A stretch of 64,000 nucleotides of DNA, from contig NC_087436.1 in the NCBI RefSeq assembly GCF_036321535.1, forward strand, positions 48,734,001-48,798,000, written 5' to 3'. The DNA comes from Camelus dromedarius. Taxonomy: Eukaryota. Under the pieces are notes generated by a model. It saw only the letters and a list, made by a program, of their open reading frames with translations. It had not been told where the DNA came from and made no database searches. Of the stretch, positions 53,250 through 64,000 are shown one piece after another (positions within the stretch are counted from its first letter, which is position 1; every line of letters begins with the position of its first letter). The position numbers and the translations under genes are program-made.

Positions 53250-53995
53250 TTTTTTATTTATTATTATTGTGGTACAGACACTTAACATGAAACCTACCCT
53301 TTTAACAAAGTTGTAAGTGCACAGAGCAGTACTGTTGACTACAGGCACAATATTGTACAGCAGATCTTCAGAACTTATTCATCTTCCATAACTGAAACTT
53401 TATATCCTTTGAACAGCAGCCCCCACTTCCTCCCCATCCCACCACCAGCCTCCGGCAACTACCATTCTGTTCTCCTGTTTCTTTGAGTTTGACTATTTTA
53501 GATGGCTCATGTAAGTGGAATCATTCAGTAGTTGTCCTTCTAGGACTAGACTATTCCCACTTAGCACAGTGTCCTCAGGTTCATCTATGGTGTCACATAT
53601 CACAGGTTTTCCTTCTTTTTTAAGCCTGAATAATATAAACATCACATTTTCTTTATCCATTCATTCATTGATGGACATTTAGGTTGTGTCCTCACATCTT
53701 GGCTATTGTCAATAATGCTGCAATGGACATGGGAGTACAGATAGCTCTTTGAGATACTGATTTCATTTCTTTCAGACATACACCCCAAAGTGGGATTGCT
53801 GGGTCACATGGTAGTTCTATTGCAATTTTTTGAGGAACCCCGATACTGTTTTCCATAGGGGCTGAATCATTTTACATTCCCACCAAGAGTGTACAAGGGT
53901 TCCAATTTCTCCCCATCCTCACCAACACTTGCCTTTTTTTTTCTTTTTTTGGATAATAGCCATCATAGCAGGTGTAAGGTGATATCTCATTGTGT
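53250..53995 (-). mobile_element. L1 (L1MA-like) 3' portion
   Basis: ttctttatccattcattcattgatggacatttaggttg, gtgggattgctgggtcacatggtagttctat and cattcccaccaagagtgtacaagggttcc. Confidence 0.92.
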
Positions 53996-54079
53996 TGTGT
54001 CAATTTCTTGAACTGCTTTTTCTTCTAGCCCATTCTACAAGTCTTCAAAAGAACAAATAAACAACATTCACCTAAACCA

Positions 54080-54240
54080 TTAGTTCTTAACACATTTTGG
54101 ATCACAAGACCCCTTGGAGAATCTGATGAGAGTCATAGGACTCTCTTACCAGTAAAATGCACACATACAATAAATAGTACAAATTATTCCTTGGAATGAC
54201 AGACCCCAGAGACATATTTATGGACCCCAGTTTAAGGTTA
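54080..54240. mobile_element. Small hAT-Charlie-type DNA element (MER103-like, family uncertain)
   Basis: tagttcttaac...gaccccttggagaatctgatga...tggaccccagtttaag. Confidence 0.5.
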
Positions 54241-54291
54241 CTTACCTAGATGAAGCTATTCTCTGGCTTGCTTGACACCTCATGATTTAAC

Positions 54292-54506
54292 TCAGGGATT
54301 GGCAAGTATTTTCTGTAAAGGGCAGGAGGGCACATATTTTCACCATTGCGGCCAGTCGCTATCAAAACTGCTCTGCATTTGAAGTACAAAAATTGCCATA
54401 GAAAATACATAAACAAATGAGCATGACTATTTTCCAATAAAACTTTATTTGCAAAGACAGATTGTGGCCTGGCTTTGGCCCTTGGGCTGTAGTCTGACAA
54501 TCTCTG
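54292..54506. mobile_element. MER58A-like hAT DNA element
   Basis: cagggattggcaagtattttctgtaaagggc...ttccaataaaactttattt...gggctgtagtctgacaatctctg. Confidence 0.8.
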
Positions 54507-54567
54507 AATTAATTATTTCAAAAGAATTGAATGGTTTGCAGTAGTTAGGAACTGTGAAACTCTTGTG

Positions 54568-54593
54568 CACACACACACACACACACACACACA
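54568..54593. repeat. (CA)n microsatellite
   Basis: About 13 consecutive CA units. Confidence 0.95.
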
Positions 54594-55129
54594 ATGAAGG
54601 CCACACAAATCCACTAAAGGAGTAGCAGCTGCTATGTCTCTTTTCCTCTGGAATGCCTAGAACGGGATAAGTACAGAACCAAGAGATGATCCTCCTCTCC
54701 CATCATATTTGATAACAATCTTTTAATTTGCATCTGATGTCTTCTTTCAGTTGTTTTGGAACATCATCAGAGCCATTCATTAGTGCTTCTTGCCAGTGAC
54801 ATAAATTATAGGACATGTTAATTTATGACTGGGGAGGTAGAAACACTCAAGATTTAGTATTCATTTCTCCATACTTACATTCCACCATGTCGTCTTAAGG
54901 ATAACATGCTTCTTTAAGGAATCTGTTCAAGGTCCCATCCTATTGTCTATTTTCTATCAATGTTCCGAAAATTTGTTCTTGGAAGGCACTCTTGATGACA
55001 TTCACAGTAAACACCTACAAAAACTATGGTGATGTGAGTATAAATTCTATACAGTAAAAACATTGGTACATTTAAACATCATTGAAAGAAAAACTTGCAA
55101 GCACCTTGCAGATGGCTGCCAGCAAGTCT

Positions 55130-55390
55130 TCATGAAGAATAAACACTGTCAGACTAACCTGATTTATTAGGATAAAAGTCCCAGGTAGATCAAGAAAAAG
55201 AGATAGTTCTAATTTATCTTGACTCTAGGAAGGTTAGGTGATTTCGTTGCATGAAGCAATAAATTTAGAAAACGAGGTCTGGACAGCATAACTATTAGGT
55301 GAGGATACAAATTGCTAGAGGGTCAAAAAATAATACAAAGAGTTTTTCAAAGTCAGTTAGGAGCCTAGATTTTTTTTAAGTTTTCTTCAC
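55130..55390 (+). mobile_element. Ancient CR1/L3 LINE ORF2 relic
   Basis: actaacctgattt...gtagatcaag...atttatcttgactctaggaagg...ggtctggacag resembles the CR1 RT stretch LTNL..VD.G..IYLDFSKAFD..GLD. Confidence 0.5.
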
Positions 55391-55419
55391 CAGCCTAGAT
55401 AAACAAAAAAGTCAACCCA

Positions 55420-56220
55420 GACAATGTCATAGAAAAATATACCTTAGGAAAGTGATTTAAGAAGAAATGGAAAATCTGAGTATACTAGTAATCACCAAAG
55501 ATATTTAACAAGCAGCTTGAAATCTAACTTATTATCCTATCCCCAAATATACTACTTGGTTTTACAGGCCAGTGAACCAAGCTTTTGAGAACGATCATCT
55601 CTGGCTAATAAAAACAGTTCTAGAGAACAGAAAAAATATTTTTCGTATCAGTTAATGGTGCTAGAATAGCCTTGATCTTGATATTCAAACCAAATCAGGT
55701 TACATTAGAAAATGACAATCATATGACAGTAACGCTTATGACCAAAGATGATAAAATTCAAAATAAAACATTAGGAACTGGGAAAAAAACTTATCTTGAT
55801 CAATTTAAATTTTTCCCAGGACAGTTTAACATTAAAATATATTAATGGAACTAGCCTCATTAAAATACTAAAAGGGGAAAAAGCAGATGATCAATCACCT
55901 TAGTGGATATGGGAAAAGCATTTGCTAAAATCAGCAATCTATACGTGATAATGTTGAAGTGGAAGGGATCTACCTTGTTCATATACAACCTGCTCAGGAA
56001 TAATAATACTGGGCAGTGTTAAGATGTTAATTCTTCCCCACGCAGTCTCTAAATCCAAAAAAGACTTTTTCAAGAAACTTGATAAGTAGATCTTCAATTT
56101 CAGATGGAATAGCAAAAGAGCAGGAATAGGCAAGATTATTTTGAGGAAGAACAAGGCACTTCTCTCTGGCAGCATCAAGACTTAGAAAGCTTTGGGTAAT
56201 TAAGAGAGTAATTAGCATTA
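55420..56220 (+). mobile_element. Highly degenerate L1 ORF2 fragments
   Basis: gaaaagcatttgctaaaatc and gataagtagatcttcaatttcagatggaatagcaaaagagcaggaataggcaag. Confidence 0.55.
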
Positions 56221-58649
56221 ATTATTCTGTTCGGATCACTTCCATAAAGCATCCAAGATTTACAGCCAAGGAAATCAGGCTAGGTTTGGAAGACAGCCTT
56301 AGAAATACTGAAAGACTTAGGACTCAAAAGGTAAAATTTGGATTGTTCAGTCTGATGATAAGTCTAACAATGCTGTACAAACAATAATAAACAGGTTAAA
56401 ATGAATACTTTTGAAGTCCATTCGACTTTGAAACAAAGAAAGTTCGTTCACAGCTGCTGTTCGTTTCCACTGACATAAGCACCTGAGATGCCTTTTAAAT
56501 GAAGCATGAAGAATTTGGCTAAAATGGAATTTCTCTGACGTGAGATATGGAAAACATACTAAAGATTTACTGAGTAAGAAGCTAAAATCACTTGCTCTCG
56601 ATGTCTTCAAAAATCAGATTGACTTTAGTCTGTCAGGAGATCTGGGTGTTTAATTTACTAAAGTGTTGAAATTCATATTTGGCTACGTCAACTATTTCTA
56701 CTTACATGAGTCTAGGAAGAACGTGCAGATGCTCTCTTATGGTGAGACTGAGGGGAAAGTTGAGCTGTATGAATTTATATGCATTGTTTCCTCTCTCCCC
56801 ATGACCTCCTTTTACCTCCCAAACACACACACTACTCTCAATTCAGAGCAAAGGAGCCTCCAAGTACTCAGTCAAAAAAATCTTCTCAAAGGGTATCACT
56901 TTGTCACTGGACTGTGCAAGCTCTAAACTCAAAACCTAGTAAGGGAAGAACAATTGCCATTTACCTAGGAATGTACTTACCTATTTTTAGTCTCATTAAA
57001 TTCAGAATAAACTGTGGGATGATTTACGAAGGACCTAATAGAAATAATAGGTTTGAATCAAAGAAATAACTCAGATGACCATGTAAAATTTGCAGGAAAA
57101 GTAAATTTGTTCTGCAGAAAAGCCACCTTTATTATTGTTATATATAGTGAACTCCTAGTTGGTTATGTGTATAAACCGTGGTTTTAAGTATCTATGGTAA
57201 ATTTTTACCCCTATGCTATGTTTCCTTGCCTATCCAAGAAGTTCTACCTTATTTTTCCTAATTACTGAGAACTTCATAAAGGATAAGTTTGCTGTTCTCA
57301 ACCAAGTATGTGCTGCATTCCCAAGTTATACTGGGCTAGCTACCTGAGATAATTGAGTTAGCTATTCTGTGCAAAGGAGGAAGCATCATACCAGGGAAAC
57401 AGGCTTTAGGGCTCCCAGGCTGTGCATATATGCTCCCCATCTGACTGAAATGCAGCCAGATGGTGAGAATTGATCTATGACTGGGCCCAGTCATCAGACA
57501 TGTGAAGAGCAAGCTTCTCTTTTCTCAGTGAAGCAGCCTCAGTGACAGAGAAATGCCATCACCCCACAGACTGCACATTTCAGTTTTATTTCTTTAATGG
57601 CCAGTATCACTCATTTAACAATTATTCACTAAGCACAACGCTTGAGCCCTGCTCTAGGCTGGAACAGGTTTATAATGGTGAACATCAAACTGACATCTGT
57701 AGAGAAACTTCTCTTCTCACTTTAGCTTAAGCGTAGTCCCTTTTGCCTTTTCCTCCTTGGACAGGGAAAATCATTTACCAGTATCACCTAAATAAAAACT
57801 ATTCAGGTGACTGTAACTGTCACTCCTCAGTCTTCTTTAGCATTTGATTTGCTAAATGTGCTTTAAGAACGTTAAACAAAATTAAAAGAACATTAACCCA
57901 AACAATAAGAAAAGCCCACGTGCTTGAAGCATGGATATGTCTACAGTTGGGAAAAGAATATCTCATGTACATTTTTACCCCACATGTAAACATTGTTGAA
58001 TTCCTACTATGTGCCTGACACTGGACTAAGTACTAAAAGTATAATGGTCGATAAACCAGACTGCTTGGGGCTTAAATTCTACTGAGGAACACATAATAAA
58101 CATACACGAACGTTATTATGGGGAGACAGTGAGTAACCGGGAGAGGCCCTTTAGATTAGCTGGGCAGAAAGCTTCCTTCTAGAAGGTGATAGCAGCTAAC
58201 ACAGTATCTAACTCACATGATGGAAATGTTCAAGGCTCTTTACATCAGTCATCCAGTAAACATTCTCCTGGGTTTTCTGCTGAATTTTGTTTTCTTGCTC
58301 GATTATAAACTTGTTATTCAGGTCAGATAAACTAGACCTAAAGGCAAACAAACAAACACAAATGAACAAAACTTGGCTTCTATAGAGAGCTATGAAAAGG
58401 GAGTTCTGCAAAAGCAAGTAATGATTCTTTTATTATAAATCTTGAAAGAAGATTCCAGTATTGTGGTTAATTCTTTAAGGCAGAACATTGAATTCTGTTA
58501 CATTTTTGCTTCCTTTAATGATAATGTTATTTGGGGTCATGGATTCTTTTGAGACTCTAAGACTCTGGTTCCTCTCTCTGAACTACACGGTGCAATTTCA
58601 GGAGAGGTTCACACATTCTCTGTCTCAGGTCACAAGCCCTGTACATTAT

Positions 58650-59600
58650 TACTAAACAGAAAACTTAACTTGACAAAATGTATTAGAAAGCTTCAGTAAT
58701 TTAGTATGATTTTGGTACAAGAATTCAATAGAAAAGACTAAAAGTGAAGAAAATCCAAGGTATAATTAATATTTTAAAGGCATCTTGCATCAATGGAAAA
58801 AGTTACATTTTTATAACAGTATGGCGAAAAATAACTAACAACATGAAAAGAAATATTAGATTTCTACCCTAAACCACCCACCAAAAGAAATTCTTGCTGG
58901 GTTAAAGATTTAAATGCAAAAACTAAAATCATTATAATTATAATTATAATACCAAAGATGTAGGTGATTTTTTTTTTTTGTCACTGGGTGGGAAAAATCT
59001 TTCTAAGCAGTAATTACAAAAAGGGTGATATTTTTGACCAAATGTGTATTTAAAATTTTATAACAGTGAAATGAAAATGGACACAATACCTTCTTCCATA
59101 AAGGCCAACTTAAATTGTAATGTAATTAACAAAAAGTCTTTAATCCATAAATAAACCTTTACTAATCTTTATATAAAAGATGATAGTACAAGATGAAAAA
59201 TGAGCCAGAATTATGTACATAATATTTGGCCTCAAAGCAAGAGCTCAACAGATGTGTGGATTAAATGAATAAATTGATGGATAGAAATTCATGGAATATA
59301 AGTGGCCAATAAGCATATGAAAAGTATGTAATTATAGGAATAATTTCCAGAATGAATATCAAAACAAAACAGAAATTTTGCCCAGCAAATTGACCAAGAT
59401 TAAGACAAAAATCTGATAATGCTTGCATTGATTAAGGGTACAGGGATATAATCACACATTCTGAGGATGTAAACGCCTACCCTCAGCAGGAATATTTGCA
59501 TTACAAGTCAGGCACTTTAATACAAGAGGCAGAAGTTGCAAATTTGAAACGTCATTTAATAGAAGTTTCTCCAACCTTTCCCAATAATAAAAACAACTCC
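58650..59600 (+). mobile_element. Highly degenerate L1 (L1ME-like) fragments
   Basis: gggttaaagatttaaatgcaaaa, ctttctaagca and gtggccaataagcatatgaaaa. Confidence 0.55.
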
Positions 59601-61549
59601 TTTGAATGTTTTTCTGGAAAATTCCTTTCCAAAAGTATAAAGAGTCCACAGGGCAATGTCCAGAAATGCTCGTGGAACACACCTTTTCTCTCTTTGATGG
59701 AGCCAGTAAAATGCCCTACACCAAAGCAATAGCAGTCAGAATCTCTATTTCTAAACTGGAAGACGCAACGGCCTTTTCTTTCTGCTCTCTCCTTCTTTCC
59801 TTCTTTTCCTTTTCTTCTTCCTCCTTCAGCTTCATTGCTGGAGGTCCATTATTGTTTGCAATTATCTGCAACCCCCCTCCACCAAGTTATAAATCCCCAC
59901 TCCACTAACACAAGAGGGGGCTATGTCATTTCCTTTAGTCAACAAAGTGAGGGAAGTGAAGTGTATCACATCTGAGCACAATCTTTAGCATCCAGTTCAT
60001 AGTTTGCCATGTCTATTTTGCGTTGGCCATAGACCAGCTGTGTTCCTGGTAGGGGCTGCTCGGTCAAGTGTGAACATAATGTGGAGTCAGAGCTAATTTG
60101 GATGGATATGTAGTATAAGTGAAAAATACACCTTTCTTGTGCAGAACTTCCAAAGGTACAGGGATTTTGTTACCATAGGCTATTTCAGCCAGTCCTGATA
60201 GAATTGCTAAGGAACCTAAATCTGAGTATTAGCTCTGCCAATTACTGGCTAAATTCTATCTGGATCTGCTTTTACTATGAAACATTGGCCTCAGTTCTAT
60301 AAAATGGGATTACTACCGTTGGCTAGCTTTTAGGGTCATTATGAGGATAGAAAGACTTAAAAAAGGCTAAATAAGTTATTATTTGTAAAGGGCTTAGAAT
60401 AGTCCCTAGCAAATATTAAATAGAATATTAATATTTGTTAAATAATTTCACTTGTGTATGTGTGTGTAGAACAAAGTCCAGGAAGGCATAGAACAGAGTA
60501 TTAACAGTTATTTAACATGTTTCCTCCTTTTTGTTTTTTAGCCACATCTTCTGTATTTCTGGGGTAATTTAAAAAATCTATTCAAGAACTCCTAACTCCT
60601 TTGCATTGAGAATCTGTTTTTTAAAAATTATACTTAAAAAAAATGTAGGCGTTCTTATATTTCATTACTTCCACAGGAACAGATCATTACTTTTCATATG
60701 AAAGTCAATAGGAAAACAGGTGTCAGTATGTGGAAGTTCTATTAATGGGAATTTTCTTGAACCATGGAACAGGCAACATTTGTAGCCAAAATCTTGAGAA
60801 TGAGGTAAAATATTTAATTATTGTTATGCACATTTTATTTTGCATGCATACTCTGAAAATATTTTGATTTCTAATGTGACTCCTCAAATAAGAAACAGTT
60901 GTTTAGTCATTAATAATACTACCCCTGCTTCTCTGGGCCAGGCTCAAAGGTCCATGAAAGATAATCTCTGGCTTCTAATATTACAACCTTTGGGGAGACA
61001 GATCAATGAGGATCAGCGTTGCTTTTGATGGACAGGGTAGGGGTAAGATCAGGTCACTTGCTGGCATTGTTGTCATTGCAGCAACCTTCCTGCTCGCTGT
61101 ATCCAATCCCTTTTATTTGCCCAAGCTGAGAAGGAGTCTTGACAAGGATTTACACAGAAAAATCATGATCCAAGAGCAATCATTAACACCCATATCTATG
61201 ACTGGCCACAACCATCACAGCTGGAGATTTCCATGCCTGAGACAAACGAAGGAGAACAGTGAGGTTGTTTCTTTTTTTATCCTCCATACTCATCATATGG
61301 GCTTTTTTGAGGGGGAGAGGGATGCGTGGGATGGGGGAGTGGGGTGGAGAGGGGTGCTCTGAGTTACTTTGGGAGGGTGGAGAAAACTCTTCTGGATGGT
61401 GCACATACTATAACAGATACCTAACTCCAGGGAGATTAGGAAGGGCTTCCCTCAGGAGGTCAAATCCAGGAACAGAAGGATGAATGAGATCAAGCTAGTG
61501 GAGTAGGAGGAGGTAGTGGGAACAGCATGCAAAAAGCTCAAGGTAATAA

Positions 61550-63165
61550 CATCAAAACTATCAAATAATAATAAACAAAACAAAACATCCATATGGAAAT
61601 TACAAAATATTGCTGAGAGTAACTGAAAAAGATTTAAATGCATGGAAAGGTACATTACATTCATGGATTGTAAGACTCAATATTGTTAATGTTATTTTCT
61701 CTGTATTTATGTAAAGATTCTAGGCAATACCAAAAATCCTAGCAGGTTTTTTGTTTTTAAAGAAATTGATAAGCCAATTAAAAAATTTATATGGACATAG
61801 AATGGATTTAGAACAGCCAAAACAGTCTGGAAAATCAAAAATGAAATTGGAAGACAAACTACCTAATTTCACAACTTACTATAAAGCTTCACTGATCAAA
61901 TAATCAAAGAGATTAGTGGAACAGACTAGAGAATTCAGAAAGAGACTCATACATATACATCAACTGATTTTCAACTGAGGTGCCAAGTCATTTCAATGGA
62001 AGGAAAGGTTTTTAAACAAATGATGCCGCAACAACTGTATATTCCTTAAAACCTACCTCTATAAGTGAATATTGATTTCAGATGAATCATAGACCTAAAT
62101 GTAAAAAGCTAGACCCATGAAGTTTCTGTAAGAAAACATAAGAAGAATTTTCATAACCTTAGGGGGGTAAAGATTTATTACAGAGGACACAGAAAATATT
62201 AACCGTAAAAGAAAAAGATAAATTAGGCTTATTGAAAATTAAGATGTTCATTCTAAAAATGAGTAAGTAAGCCGCAGACTGGGAAAAATATTCTTAATAC
62301 ATATACTGACAAATGACTCATATCCAGAATGTATAATCAACAATATAAAACCCTAAATGACCTAAATTTTAAAAATAAGCAAAAGACTCGAATAGACACT
62401 TTATAAATGATGCTTAACATTGCTAGTCATCAGAGAAATGAAAATTAAAACCAGAATGAGATACCATTTCACATCCACCAGAATGGTAAAAATATAAAAA
62501 CTTGACAACATCAACTATTGGTGAGGATGTGGAGAACGAGAATCTTTATACGATGATGGTGGAATAGAAAACGGCACAACCACTTTAGAGAATAATTTGG
62601 CAATTGATATTCATTTCTTCAAAGACCCAGCAGTTCTACTACTAGATATTTATCCTAGAGCAGTGAAAACATACGTCTACAAAAAGACTTGCACAAGAGT
62701 ATTTATAGAGCTTGTTCATACTATTTTCAGAGTGAAAACAATCCAAATAAATACCAATAGGAGAATGGATAAACACATTTTGATATATTTATATGATGAA
62801 ATACTACTTAGGAATAAGAAGAAACCATTGATAAACATAACAAAGTTGTTATTTTTCAAGGGAAAAAAAACACGTTGAGCAAAAGAAGCCAGACACAAAG
62901 GACTATATCCTAAATGACTTCATTTATATGAAGGACAAAAATAGCAAAACACATGTAGGGGGACAGAAATCAGAGTGTGGTTGCCTTTGGGGTGGGGGAA
63001 ATTGAACAGAAAGCATGAGAGAACTTTCTGGGCTGACAGAAATAGACTGTATCTTATTTCTGATGGTGTTTGCATGGGTATATATGGTTGTCAAAACTTC
63101 CTCAACTCACAACACTTAAAATCTGTTATTTATTGTCTGTAAATTATACCTCAATTTAAAAAGAA
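61550..63165 (+). mobile_element. Old L1 (L1MB/MC-like) ORF2 3' half and 3'UTR
   Basis: cattcatggattgtaagactcaatattgttaa, gacccagcagttctactactagatatttatcc (DPAVLLLDIYP), gccagacacaaagg and gtaaattatacctcaat. Confidence 0.88.
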
Positions 63166-64000
63166 AGCCCAGGATAAAAGAGCATGGCGTGTTTACAGGT
63201 GTAAATGACTAAGATACTCAGGGCTGATGTTAATTCTTCAATTTATCTCAGAAAGCAAGAGTTCAAACCCCCATCCCCTTCATAAATTATTCCTATATTT
63301 TAATCCACAGTGATGAAAGAGGTATTTATTAAAGCCCTTTCTCCTCATGGTATGTGTCATACAGTGGTTGAAAAAAAATCAAAATTGATGAAATAAATCT
63401 TACCTCAAATGAAATAACCTAGGACATGTAAAAAAGAATTAGCAGCATGTGTGAAAGGACACACCAGCTGTTTTTAAAAACTGGCTGGTGGAATACGGGC
63501 TATTTGAGGAGGGAGAAAACTATTCAGGTAAGCTTCCACACCCTACTCCTTCTCCAATTATACTCAGTAAATTGTATCAAAAATAAAAATGATTGATAAC
63601 TGAAAAACAAATCCTGTGACCTTAACTGATTCATGAATCTTTCTCTTGTACGTGATTTACTTCTATAGCAAAGGCACTGTGTCTCTTCCAACTCATCTTT
63701 GTATCCTTAGAAGAATCTAGGCCAGGACCTTGAAAATAATGGATCCTCAGCAATTACTTATAGACTTGAATTAACATATCAATGTATTTACTGATTAGTT
63801 AGAATTTATGTCCAGATTAATGTTCCTATAATAGGAAATTTACTGCAATTATTTTATAACATTTTCATATAAAATGTTTGACCCAGCAGTGATCCCATTT
63901 GGCAATTTATGGGAAATATATTTAAAAGGAGTTATGAAATGAAATATAAGTCCAACTCACCTCAGCTTAAAAATGTAACCATACTGTAATTACCTGACTA

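Noticed and set aside
32000..64000. Exons of the neighbouring gene (GSTCD in human synteny, from memory) or an upstream lncRNA
   Set aside because: I saw isolated consensus donors (e.g. near 54245 and 56980 on the minus strand) but no coherent exon chain or recognisable peptide.

Overview
Mammalian genomic DNA, probably from a camelid, since it carries Vic-1-type tRNA-derived SINEs. The window holds the 5' part of the nephronectin gene NPNT on the minus strand. A CpG-island promoter (~30.1-31.8 kb) is followed by coding exon 1 (31134-31204), exon 2 (28832-28932), a 51-nt alternative cassette exon (14320-14370) and the EGF-like exon 3 (800-892); the gene continues beyond the left edge. The ~32 kb upstream of the promoter is intergenic and filled with ordinary eutherian repeats (L1, L2, MIR, CR1/L3, MaLR/ERV LTRs, hAT and Tigger DNA elements). 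I found no convincing new biological system. The best leads are two candidate stop-containing exons flanking the cassette exon, a latent NAGNAG acceptor at exon 2, several retrotransposition oddities and some candidate enhancer-like elements. Repeat family names come from recalled consensus motifs, not from a database search, and repeat boundaries are approximate.
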